Origin: Lama guanicoe
Taxonomy: Eukaryota
Assembly: GCA_013239625.1 (NCBI GenBank)
Contig: MU056050.1
Span: forward strand, 5,031,366 to 5,095,365
Direction: 5' to 3'
DNA length: 64,000 nucleotides
A program made the position numbers and the translations under genes. Shown here piece after piece: positions 51,070-63,685 of this stretch. Below the pieces are notes generated by a model. That model made no database searches. It had not been told where the DNA came from and saw only the letters and a program-made list of their open reading frames with translations. How positions within the stretch are numbered: position 1 is the first letter of the stretch; each line of letters begins with the position of its first letter.

Positions 51070-54000
51070 CTTTGGGGACTTGGCGATTACTTTTTTAAAT
51101 AGGTACAATAATACTAAAACTTTATTAATTTGGAATTCCAAATTGCAAGAATATTTGTTATATTTGCACTGCTTCTGGATATAATTGAACAACTCAAGCT
51201 TGAAATAGAAGAAACTGATCCTTCTTATCTATTTTACTAAACTATTAAAACAGGGACCAATGCAAAGAAACTGATTCTGCAGGGAATCTTGAGTTGTGAA
51301 TGGGAGAATGTTATTTGAGTATTTATCGAATGTCTACTGTATGTATGGTACTGTGATGCCAAGATATAAAATAGTATCTCTACCATTATAGTCTAGCTGA
51401 TGAGAATAAATCATGACCTGTATATATACAAAGTAACTCCTCTATTTGGCCATGGAAGATATTGTTAATTAATCACACATTATTTCTTAATATTAATGGT
51501 TCCACAATCTTTCAGAATGTGAGACCTCAAGTAGCCATCACCTATCTGTGGAAGTTAGTAGTTAAGATGAAACCTATTTGCTATTGGGATCAAGATGAAA
51601 CAAGATGATACGTAATTGTTAAATAAATAAACTGTGCAGCAGAAAATCATATTAAAGAGATGAAAGAGTGAAACATTTGAGAAAGAGTGACCTTCACTTA
51701 TACTTAAGAATAAATGAAATGATATTTAAAATGACCCAAGTGATACAGTAAAGTTGAACAAATATTTTAATATGATTTCATGGTCACTTATTTTAAAGAA
51801 AATACAGTATGCATCTTTCAAAGTTTGAAATAGGTTTCATGAAAATAAAATGTTCTGATGAAGTCAAGCAATATCTTCTTAGATGATTAGGGTCAGTCTC
51901 AGTCTAGAATTAGTGTTCTATAGAATAAATTGATCAGCTGGATTGATATCCATTTGTTGAAAAGAACTATTTGGATTACATAATCTAAAAATCAAGTAGA
52001 ATGAGACTTTAAATGTGACTTGTTTATTTTTCTTTAGAAAATATAAAGTACAATTCCTTTAATTTTTATAGGAGATACATGGAGCTCCTAAATAAATAAA
52101 ACATTAAGAAGGGATTTCTTATACATGTACTTTTATATAATTACATATTTATCCTGGTTGTTTCTTTTTAAATTGCCAATTCATATGACTCATGTTCCAA
52201 AATAAAGTATTTTTTATGAAAGCTAAACATGACCTATTTAAAAAATAAAGCTTTTTCACCTGAGCTGCAGGTAATTAATTTGCAAATTAAATGTATAAGG
52301 AGTCAAGAGCACAAGCTAAAAATGTGCAAATGCATATTCAGTTTTAAAATAGCATTAGCCGTTCTTTATGACTGGGGAGACAACATGGAGTATGATCCCA
52401 CAATTCACTTTTTATTTCCTTTCCTTGAGTTAGTACTTCCCAACATACTGTTCTTAGTATAGGGAAATACAATTATTAATAATTAACATTTCTTACTTTC
52501 AAACACTTTGAGGAGAAACTTTATGTAATTCTTGCTCAAAGGTAATAACTGAGACTGAGGCAAAGAAAGAAAGAACTTGTGGTACACACTATGCCTGTCT
52601 GTAGATTTTCTTGAGTCTCCCATCCAGGTTCAATGTGTAAGGGGTTAGTCCAGTATAGGGAACTATGTTTTGATAGTTTCCTAGTGGTCCCCCAAATTCA
52701 TTTTCTTAATGGTCTTTATAGAATTAACTTAGTTAGCCCAAACCTTACAAATACTGATAATTTAAAGAGATATCTTTTGGGACTTAAGCATTTTTGAAAT
52801 AATTTAGATATTTTGATACACGCAGACTGTTGTGAGTGCTTTTTTTGAAAGACAATGGCCCTTTGCCGCCTTTTGTAAAGATTTCATGAATGCTTTCTAA
52901 GATGACTTCCAAGGCTATTTTCAAAACCTTGACAATTAACTGCATTGTTCTGGATTTTGTTCCTAATAGACTATGCATAAGAATATTTTTTCTTTTTAAA
53001 ATTTCCTCTACTGAATCCAATATTCACATTATTTACTATACTGAGTTTAAAAGAAATTTCTACACTAAGGTAAGGCTTCACAAATTAAAAACTCAGGTTT
53101 TAAATGCAAATGTAACTTTTTCACAATAGAAATTGTCTTATCCTTCAGAGGAGATTGGTGGGAAAATCTGCATACAGTGTAGTGGAGAGGACTTGGGATG
53201 CATTTGGCAGGAAAACAGAGAAATCCGTGTTCACTGGCATTCAGGAATCTAATAGATCAGGTGGCTATTGCCTGTTGCAATTTTCTTCCACTTTTTCCTG
53301 GAGGGAATCAGTAGGGGTCTGATTTCTGGTCTGTCTTGAAACATGGAACATCCCGCTGGCAGAAGTAATGTGTCCACGTGGGCTACAGTTAGTTCTGTGC
53401 GAACACTGTGCTGTGGGAGCAGCTTGCGGTCTTGTTCCTAACCCCATACATACTTTTGTTTTGAATGTAAGAGCTAGTGTCAGTAGGTAAATATGCCTCA
53501 TCATTGCTATGTCCAGCTGACCAAGGAGATGGTACACAGCCCCCTAGGAGAACAATTATTCTCTTTTGTAGCTGAGGCATTGGTTTGTATTTGTCCACAG
53601 TGTGGTACTTGGCAACTTAATACAGATCTGTAAGTTATCTATAATCTGTTTTATTAAAGAACTCTACATTTCAAGGAATAAAGGCTGGCTTCACTTTTAA
53701 TGGCAGTAAGGATGGACCTAGGGTTTGCTTTTGACTCTTAAAAGGCAAGAGGGTTGAAGTCAGCATGGCCTAGTCAGAGCTAACGTCGAGTAGTTTCAAT
53801 CTGTAAGTCCTCCGTCTACAGAAATCTCAAGAAGCACAGCATGTGGGCATTATAGCTGAATGAACAACCCATACATTAGTAGGAGATTTTGATCTGTCAG
53901 ACAGTTGGTGCTAATCTAATGATTAGCAGTCATGTTAATACCTGTGGCATGATCATAGTGGCAAGGTAGTACTAAATACAGACATGGTAAGATTGGTCAT

Positions 54001-54342
54001 ATTAAGATGTTTAACTAAATAAAAATATTCTTAATTATCTATACTTAGTATTTCCAGCATGGAGTGCAGTGACAGATATAAGGAGATAATACAAACACTG
54101 TGATCAATGTTTTTAAATTTAAAATTATTCTCATTTTCTGCATCAAGTTATTGTTCCACTGGACCGAATGATCCTCCTTAGTTACAAACATGCGGTGAAT
54201 CTCTTAACATAAAAAAAAAACACTCTATTGACCAGATACGCCTATGCAGCCAAAGGCTCATTTCTCTGATCTCCTGTATAGAAAAGACCTGTGCAAGGGT
54301 TTCATGAATTTAATCTCTCTGTCCTCTCCTCTCATTCTCTCA

Positions 54343-55455
54343 CTTTATTAAAATTTTGATTTAATTCACTTACCCATAAAATATACCATTTTAATGTTTT
54401 AAAGTTCAGTGTTTTTTAGTATGATCTCAGAGTTGTGCAATCATCACAGTTCTCTAATTTCAAAAAGTTGTCATCATCTGGAAAAGAAGCTTCTTACCCA
54501 TCACTCCCCGCTCCCCTTATCATGACAGTCCCTGGCAACCACTAATCTGCTTTAGCGTTCTATGGATTTGCCTATTCTGGTCATGTAATAGAAATGGAAT
54601 CGTACAATATGGGACCTTTTGTGAGTACCTCCTTTTTTACATAATAACTTTCAGGGTTCATCCATGTTGCAGCATGAATAAGTAGTTTATTTCTTTTTAT
54701 TGTCAATATTGAATTATGCAGTTATACCACATTCCATTTATCTATTAGCTGACATACATTTGGATTGTCTCTACTTTTCTACTATTATGAACAAACTACT
54801 GTAAATATTCATATATATGCTTTATTTAGACATATGATTTCAGTTCTCTTGGGTATAAACTACAAGTAGAATTGCTGGATCATATAATAACTCTATGAAT
54901 AACATTTTGAAGAACTAATTGTTTTCCAAAGTGGCTGTATCATTTTACACTCACATCAGCAAAGCACATGGGATTACAAATTCTTCACAGCCCAGCGACA
55001 CTTGTTCTTCTATGTCTTTTATTTTAGAAATTTTAGAAAATGTGAAGTAGTACCTCATTGTAGTTTTGGTTTGTATTTTCCTAATGATTAATAATGTTGA
55101 GCATCTTTTTATATGTTTATCAGCCACTTGTGTATCTTCTTGGGAGAAACTTCTATTCGGAATTTTAAAATTGAGATATAATTTATTGAATCATGAGACC
55201 TTTTTAATATATTCTAGACACAAGTCCCTTACAAGATATATGATTTGTGAATATTTTCTTCCATTCCATGGGTTTTCATTTCAATTTGTTCATGATGTCA
55301 TTTGAAGCACAGAAAATTTCAATTTTGAAGAAGTCCAGTTTATCTGTATTTTCTCTTATTGGTTATCATTTTGGAGTCATATCAAAGAAATCATTGTCCA
55401 ATTCAAGGTCATGAAATTTACTCTCTATTTTCTTCTAAGACTTTTATACTTTTGG
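54343..55455 (-). mobile_element. L1MB-type 3' UTR and ORF2 C-terminal fragment
   Basis: cagagttgtgcaatcatcac; ccctggcaaccactaatctgcttt..ctatggatttgcctattctgg; tgtgaagtagtacctcattgtagttttg. Confidence 0.85.
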
Positions 55456-55509
55456 CCCCTTTCCAGGGATCCTAATAACTCAGATTCCAAAATTTCGTGT
55501 TTTTAAAAA

Positions 55510-55670
55510 ATTCTTAGCAATTTGTAGGCCATATAACTGTTTGAAAATGTGATAGGAATTAGGACTTCTTTTCCCCAAAAGCTGAATAAGGAGCACAGAT
55601 AGACAAAAGCCTGTATACAGTTTCGAGGGATTCATTAATATTTCCAAGCTCATCCTTCAGTTAAGCACTT
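55510..55670 (-). mobile_element. MER103-like hAT-Charlie MITE
   Basis: tttgaaaatgtgataggaattaggacttcttttccccaaaa..tgtatacagtttcgaggggattca..cagttaagcac. Confidence 0.5.
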
Positions 55671-58479
55671 TTGAAAATGAGGACACTATTTATCCATAAG
55701 GAATTCTCTTAATACGTGGCTCTCTATTGTAATGAGCTAGTCTCTTTGGGAAATGAGTTAACTCAGAAACTATAGGACACTTTACTCAAAGGGAATATGC
55801 TTTTTTTAAGTACCATTTAGGATATTTACATTGGTATTATAATCATAAATCTAATTATTGTGGTACTTGAAACATTAAAAAAATGAGAACGGCAGTTACC
55901 TAGGAGCCAAGAAATCAAGATATGTCTCCCACAATCAAATTAAATGCACAGCAAATGTAAATGATCGACGTTGTCAATGTGGGGATAAGGAAAACAAAAC
56001 AAAACAAACCAAAAGCATGAAGTCTGTTACATTTGGTTCTGATTTCATAGGAAACCCCTCATGTATCTAAATAAATCTTCAGAACTGACTTCCACAACAG
56101 TTTGAGTTTTTGAGTTTTTTGGAAGATGTGAATTCAGTATTGGATAAAGTCCTTTTTCAGGGATCCTAATAAGTTTTCACATAAGGAACTACCTGCTTAT
56201 CTTACATGTATGATTTAATTTTAGATTATTGTATACTTACCAGACCATCTAGATTTTGTATTTAGAAACATAGGTTCATATCTAAGCAAAGGAAAAACAA
56301 CCATATCTCTATATAATGATGATTATACACTTATCCATAGATTCATCTATTTGGCAATTTTGAACAAATTCCTGCTGTATATAAGACAGTGTTCTAGTCG
56401 CTGCAGCAGAAGGGTAAAGCATGTACACAAAGCCCAGTAATGCAGTGTTGCGTGTGGAATAAGAAATTAAAACATTTTATGGGCGCTCAGAAGAGGGACA
56501 ACAGAGGATTTATGACTAGAATACAACAGAGAAGGTTAGGGAGCAGGAGAATGCTCTGGTCCCAGCTATATTTGATGAGGCTTGAACTGATCAGTATAAG
56601 GTAGTTTAGAGAATGAAGAGTTTGGGAGCAGGAAGAGTATGTATTAGGCTATGTGACGCTGGTTTATAGGAGACGTGTTTTTGACTCAGTATAGAGTGGT
56701 AGTAGCTGTACAGATGAAAGCTAGATTACAGAACAAAAATAAGGCATCACAAAGGTTAAAGAAACAGACCTTGATAATGTTCCCTTAGTAACAGGGAAGA
56801 ATCAAAAGCAACTCAGTATATTTGATAGAAAAAGCCCATAATTAGCAAACATGGTGAATGTGATGCATGCTGAAAACCTAGGCTGGTAAGAACTGTTAAA
56901 CATAGATTTCTGTCAGAAAGGTTCACTCCAATCACCACCAGAGTTCTGTTAACATTAGACTAATGAGGCTCTCACCTCATTTATACCCCAGAGGGGTTAA
57001 GCTGTGCAAAAATTCTGTCTTTGATGCCCTGGAACAAATTTGCTGTTAAAGTGAATAGTGAGACAAGTAACCAATGATGGAAAAAGGATTACAATTTAAA
57101 GGATATTTTAAGTACAGAGGGATAAAAACACTCTTCATATCTCTCTTTGACCTTCTGAGTCTGCTGGGTTCTAACACAGGAAATTTGGGTTAAGAGTATT
57201 TATAGGCATACACCAGCATTTGGTATGTGACAGGAGTGTATTATTATTGTTTATTTTCATTGTCTAAATAACATAGGTTGAATCAGAGATAATAGGAAAG
57301 TGAGGAAACTCTTAAAGAGAATTTCTGTAGCTTTTCAGTTCTTTAACTTTTTAGTTCCCTCCTCTGTTTCAGGCCCATATGCACAAAATCTGTTTCTGAA
57401 AGTGAAAGAAATTGGGTTTGTTTACATTTACCTACTGTTAACTTAGCAATTTGTAGCTGTGAAGATGTACCAGTTACCACAACAATACAATCCAACAGTA
57501 CAATCTAGACTTTAAAATTAATTTTTAAAAAGGATAAAAGATGAGAATGAGAAAGTTAACTGAGGACACTGATGAACACTTGTAGAATAGTAGTAAAAAT
57601 GACCAACCTAATGCTAAGAGAAGATACCTAAATGAAAATGAGATAGTAAACCCATATTGTGATACAGAGGAAGACCTCTGTGAAGAAAAACTGGTTAAAA
57701 AAAATCATTATCCATGAAATTCAGGACATACTGGCTCAAAAAGTACTGGACAAATAATACCATTTATAATTCATATGAAAAAAGTGGATCTATTTTGGAT
57801 TATTTTCCTATTTTACTGTCTGATCTAACTGATCTTTAGATTAAATTTTCTGGTATCAGTTTCCCATTAATACTAAATGTTCCAAACCAGCTCTCAAGAA
57901 AGCTTTCTCAACTTCTGATTTGGGATGTTACGTGATCTTGATTATATACCAGTTCTTATTTTACCTTCAAATGAAATGCACATTCAAACAAATATCATCG
58001 CTAAATTCCAATTTAAAATTGTTTTGATTTAAATTAACTTTAATTTCATGGAACTCTGAGAACAAGTTTAAAAAAAACCTCTCAATCATTTATGGGTATT
58101 AAGTTCCATTATTCTTATTTTTTTCTCTGTCTAGTATTTATTAAATCCATGTGGTCTTTATATCCATAAAAATGTTTCACAAATTAATGAATACAATTAT
58201 TTAACTTGAATATAATTTCTGCATGTTGTTTGTTTCAAATTTGTCAGTTGAATCAGAATTTACTTGCTTAAGTAAACCATTAGTATAGAAAATACTATGC
58301 CAGTCACTTCTTTTGAATGTATCCCTTTCAATTTGCAGCCTATTGATACACGTCTCTACAACCTAATCATATACATAGAGTATTTGTGTCTATTACATAT
58401 TTGTGCATATATACATATATGCTATATATGTAAAACAGGTGTGAAATACACTACTTTTGACTCAATTCACATGTCCTAA

Positions 58480-58670
58480 CTTTAAATCTTTGTTCTAATT
58501 CTTACCTACTGTGTGATCTTGAAGAAACTGATTAACCTTTCTAAAGCTCCATTTTGCCACCTGTGAGATGGATACGATGATACGTCTCACTTCATAAGAT
58601 TATTAGTAATAATAAGCGTAATCCTAGAGCACACTTAACACACTAGCAATATTTAATGCTAGCTATTTTA
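58480..58670 (+). mobile_element. MIR SINE
   Basis: cttacctactgtgtgatcttgaag..ttaacctttctaaagctccattttgccacctgtgagatgg. Confidence 0.65.
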
Positions 58671-59689
58671 TATACATACACACATGAAATAACCCCCCAA
58701 AATACAAAAATATCCACAATAAAAAGCCCGAATCTATTTTAAAAATCCAAAACTATTTTAGAAATTAACATCAACTTATGTCATAGCAACTGAAGAACTC
58801 CGATAAAATAGGCATTAAATTTCGGTCAGCATCCACAGTGAAATCGAGCACAGATTAGGGAAGACTGTTGCAACATGATATAGCCTTGGACTATAAACTA
58901 TCAGCTAATTACCAAGCTTTTAAAAATTAAACTACCTTATTTCACAAGCTGAAATTTGTAATCCCCCTCAAGTTAACATCATTGCTTTTAGTGACTCAAA
59001 GCAAAACACAACCATTTGTGTCTTTATACTGCTGGTTTTAGCTGTAGGCTAAAAACAAACAACAAGCAAACAACTATGATTGTAATTCAGCAGTAACAAT
59101 AAACAACAGTATAGTATGCAGTTCTCTCTGCCAGAACACATTTCAATCGCACCTTTCCTTCTTGATTTGGTTAACTCTACTCATCCTTTTGGACTTGACC
59201 TAAGTCTCATTTCTGTAGGGAAGCTTTCTGCAGAGTTCCTAAAACTAGGTTAGTTCCTCAAAAGTTACACTGGAGTCTTACCTCATGGTAAGAACTCAGG
59301 GAATATTTGCTAGGTACTCATATTTCAGATCATTAGTTTTAAAAATAGTGTTGAGATGAACCCCAGACTCTCTCAAAGTTCCTTTTGGGGAGGGAGGGAG
59401 ACACACAATGAGTGAGGCTTTTCAAATGTAACTAAAGTGATTCAGGTTATATCACATTCATATACGCAATTTAATGTAGTATTTCATTTGGAAAAGTATT
59501 CCATTGTTTGAGTAATTTGAAAACCACTTAGTCAGCTAAGGAACTCAGCAGCTATTTTGCTTCAGAGGGTGTTCCAGGCATTGGGGATGTAACAGCAAAG
59601 AAAGCCCTCGTCTTAAGGGAGTTTATGTTTTTGAGGGGATAACTCAAATTGTCTATCATGGTTTTTCATTGCTGTAATGTTAAGTTAGT

Positions 59690-59870
59690 AGCACTCTAAG
59701 AATTTTAGCTTGAAGAAATATTAGGCCTAATTCCAAATGCTCTATTTTACATATGAAGAAATGGAGATTGAGAGAGGGAAGAAAGACTCATTTAAGATCA
59801 CAGTGACTGCACTACAGAGTTAGAATTAAAACGTAGGCCAGATTTTCAGTTCAGTGTACTCAAATATTCT
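59690..59870 (-). mobile_element. MIR SINE
   Basis: attttacatatgaagaaatggagattgagagagggaag..taagatcacag..agagttagaattaaaac. Confidence 0.55.
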
Positions 59871-60289
59871 GCCTCTAATCAGTATATCTCTGTGGTATCA
59901 CTGTATCATTTATTATCAAGAATTTGGAGGATTCTGACAGGAAATTGGTAAATCATCAGAGATTCAAATCCTCTAAAGATTAAGGGCCATGTAAAATCAC
60001 CACACCAATACGAGTGGCAGGAACTCAAATAGCACATAAGTTTTTGCTATAATTTATAGTTACTTCCCTTGTATATATGATGTGGTTTTTTTCTTGCTGT
60101 TTTCAAAATTCTCTCTTTATATTTGACTTCGACAATTCAGTTATAATGCATCTCAAAGTAGCCATTTTCTGGTTCAGCCTGTTTGAGGTCCATTGGACCT
60201 CATGAATCTGGATTTCCATTTCTCTTCCCCAGGTCTGGGAAGTTTTTAGTCATTATTGCTTTAACTGCACTATCTGTTTCTTTATTTTC

Positions 60290-60771
60290 CTTTTTATATT
60301 GAGATATAGTTTCATTAAACATTATATTAGTTTCAGGTATATGACTTAGTGATCTGATATTTGTTTATATTGTGAAATGATCACCAAAGTAAGTCTAGTT
60401 AATGTCTATCACCACACTACAATTTTCTTGTAATGAGAACTTTTAAGATCTACTCTCAGCACCTTTAAAATATGCAATACAATATTATTAGCTATAGTCA
60501 CCATGCTGTATATTACATCCCCACAGCTTATTTATTTTATTAATAGGTATTTTTTAGCACTTTCATCCCTTTTACCCCCTCCCACGCCTACCCCTGGCAA
60601 CAACCAATTTCTTCTCTATATCTATGAGGGTTTTTTAGACTCTGTATGTAAGTGAGATCATACAGTATTTGTCTTTCTCTGTCTGACTTACTTCACTTAG
60701 CATAACACCATCAAGTTCCATCTGTAGTCCTAAATGGCAAGATTTCTTTCTTTTTTCGTCTGAATAGTATT

Positions 60772-60822
<51 letters not shown>

Positions 60823-60885
60823 CACACACACACACACACAATATTTTCTTTATTCATCATTGATGGGCACTTTAGTTGCTTCATG
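60290..60885 (-). mobile_element. L1MA9-like 3' end nested in the L1 ORF1 remnant
   Basis: tgtgaaatgatcacca; gagaacttttaagatctactctc; ctatagtcaccatgctgta; taagtgagatcatacagtatttgtctttctctgtctgactta. Confidence 0.85.
60774..60840. repeat. Compound microsatellite (TG)15(AG)9(AC)9
   Basis: Read directly. Confidence 0.95.
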
Positions 60886-62689
60886 TCCATTTCTCTTACT
60901 CTTCTCCTTCCAGGATTTCCATAATGTGTATATTGTAGGCTCTCTTCATACTTTTACATTCCTCTTTTTCTTTTTTCTCCTCTGACTGGATACTTTCAAA
61001 TGACCTTTCTTCTAGAGTTCATTGATTCTTTCTTTTGCTTGATTGAGTCTATTGTCAGTACTCTCTATTGGATTCTTCAGTCGAGACATTGTATTTTTCA
61101 ACTCGTAGATTTTTCTTTTTTTATAATGGCTTCTGTTTATTTGTTGATCTCATTTTGTTCATGCATTGCTTTCCTAATTTAATTTAGTTATCTGTCTTTG
61201 TGTTCTTATAGTTCACTTAACTTCTTTAAGACGATTATTCTGAATTCTTTTTCAGACAGTTCATACATCTGCATTTCTTTTGGGCCAGCTATTAATGTTT
61301 TATTACTGTCCTTTAGTAATATCTTGCTTACTTTAGTCTCTGTAATTCTTGACTCCTTGCATTGGTATCTGGGAATTTGAGTAAGTAGTCTCCTCTCTCA
61401 GACTTCACAGTTTTGCTCTGGTAGAGACAGCCCTTCATGAGTCAGGTCAGCTTGGGCTGCTAAACAGGTCAGCTAAGTTAATAGAGTCCTTGGACAGGTG
61501 AGGCTTGGTAACAGTGTCTTTATTAGAGAAAGGCCACTGCCTGAGCTCTGAAGTTGGGGGGAATGTTGTTGGTTGAGAACAGCTGGATGGGACTGCTGGC
61601 TTGGTAACCTGCCCATGTGTGACTATAGTATGTGCTCTTTTGTTGCCTGGATTATCTGAAGAGGCCTCCTAGTCATGTGAGGCTAGCGGCTATACTCAGT
61701 AGTTAGGCAGAGCTATGAATGTGCTTCCCTGCTGTGTGGTGCTCTAGAGTGGACTCCATGAATATTGGGGCTTGATGGCTAGGAACCCAGATCTAACAGA
61801 GCTACTCAACAAGCTCCCTGGCCAGATGGTACTGCTAGTTTGGCTCTGTGAATGGGTAGAGCTGCTGGTTAGGTTTTCTACTTGAGTGCCACTGCAAGGA
61901 GGAACTCAAGTCTACCAGGATCCAAGCATTTGTTGCTATAAGCCTTCCCCCCCTTCTCCATTACACCCTGATCACCAGTGATCAAATCACAGATTCTCCC
62001 CACAACCCCTGTGAAGTGATAAATCAGCGGGCCTCCCAGGAAGCAACCCACAATGATGCTGGAGTTGGATGGCCACCTTGGACTCTCTTTTTCCTACTGA
62101 AAGAATCACAAGTCCAAGTGGGACCTCTCAGTATTTCACTGTGCCTGCTTAGAGGTGATGTGGCTGGAGTGTGGCCGTTCCTTTTACTCTTCTATTGCAT
62201 TTCTTGGTCTCTGTTGTCTGGATAAGGGGCTTCAGCCTCACCTCTTGGTTCTGGGATTTTGACAATGGTGTTTTGTCTATGGATAGCTGCTAGCTGGCCT
62301 TCTCATGAGAAGAACTGTAGACAGAAACACCCTATGTCACCATCTTGATCCAGATAGATATTTTTTACCACGAATTGACTGAACTGTGGCCTACTATAGT
62401 CTGAATTAAAACAAAAGAAAAGGTAGAAAATATTTAATCAATCAAAGTTCTTAGGCAGGAATTTTATTTTGATTACAATAATCAATCTTCAGCAATTAAT
62501 TACCTGAAAGAAATGGAAGCAGGTTCCACATAAAAAAGCAGTAAGTAAACATGATATTTGTGTAATGTCCAACTTGCTGCATTAAAATCTTAAAGTCTAT
62601 TTGATGGAATGTTTTCCCAACATGCAAATATATCCATCAAACAGTATTGAACCTCTGTGAATGAACTGACTCTTCTTTCCAGATAGGGA

Positions 62690-62935
62690 GGCAGATGTAA
62701 AAGTCAAAATCAAGAACTCTGAAGACAGTCTGCCATGGTTTAAAACTGGTTATGCCACTTACTATGGGTGTGATTTCAAGAAAGTTACTCTACTTCTCCT
62801 TGCCTCACTTTCCTCGACTCTAAGTAAAGGTGACAAAAGTAGTATCTACCTCAAAGGATTACTGAGATAATTACATTAGTTTATATATACACATACTTAT
62901 GAAAGTATTTGAAATATAATGAGAATTAGCATTAC
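62690..62935 (+). mobile_element. MIR SINE
   Basis: tcaagaactctgaagacagtctgccatggttt..gccacttacta..tgcctcactttcctc..agtatctacctcaaaggatt. Confidence 0.7.
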
Positions 62936-63196
62936 CTCTTATTCTTATTTAAGCATATGAAGTTTTGTTTTGTTTTGTTTTGTTTTTTTAATAAGAGATA
63001 CTAAACATTTGTTTTCTAGATCCATGGGAAATTGAAAAGAAATAAGAAATGTCAAAATAAAGTAGAAAGGACTGTGTTTTCAATTGGTACATAAGGAAGA
63101 ATTACTTTCCATTAATGTAACAAAGCTTTTAAGAAGAGGGGGGCCTCTCTTATTGATGAAGATAACACATTGCCACCCACTGTGAATGCTTTAGAT

Positions 63197-63516
63197 CTGT
63201 GCTATCCAATACAGTAGTTACTAACCACATGTGGCTATTGAACAGTTGAAATGTAGCTAGTTAAAACTGAGATATGCTGTAAGGGTAAAATGCAGACTGG
63301 ATTTTGAAGGCTTTTAATATAAGAGTAAAAGGAAGTTAAAGTAGCTTATTAATATTTTATGTAGTTTAGGTGATGATAATATTTAGACATATTGGGTTAA
63401 ACAAAATATATTCATAAGATGAATCACAATTGTTTCCTTTTTACTTTTGTACTGTGGCTACTAGAAAATTTGAAATTACATGTGGGCTTGCATTGTATTT
63501 CTGCTAGACAGCAGTG
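63197..63516 (-). mobile_element. MER33 hAT-Charlie DNA transposon
   Basis: ctgtgctatccaatacagtagttactaaccacatgtggctattgaac..atattgggttaaacaaaatatatt..tgtggctactagaaaatttgaaattacatgtgg. Confidence 0.85.
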
Positions 63517-63685
63517 GTTTTCAACCCCTGCTACTACAAGAATGGTCTGTGAACCAGCAACGTCACCTAGGAGATTGTTAGAAATTTAGAATCTCAGGTT
63601 TTGTCCCAGACACTAAATCATTTCCTGATATTTAACAAGATCTCCAGGCAATTCCTAAGCACATTACAGTTTGAGAAGTGCCACA
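63512..63685. mobile_element. MER5A-like hAT-Charlie MITE
   Basis: cagtggttttcaa..tcacctaggagattgttagaaat..gaatctcagg..tttaacaagatctccaggcaattc..gcacattacagtttgagaag. Confidence 0.8.

Larger units (their letters stand above)
60065..62351 (-). mobile_element. L1 5' portion (5' UTR and ORF1 remnant), 3' part absent
   Basis: Minus strand begins ggatcaagatggtgacatag; GC-richer UTR 61400-62350; ORF1-like sequence homologous to ~38820-39450. Confidence 0.8.

Noticed and set aside
50978..51184. Poly-tyrosine ORF
   Set aside because: Translation of an (ATT)12 MIR tail
57340..57780. Strong + strand splice acceptor (AG at 57371-57372) followed by purine-rich, coding-looking sequence
   Set aside because: No good donor nearby and frequent stop codons; may be an old DNA-transposon remnant but I cannot support a call
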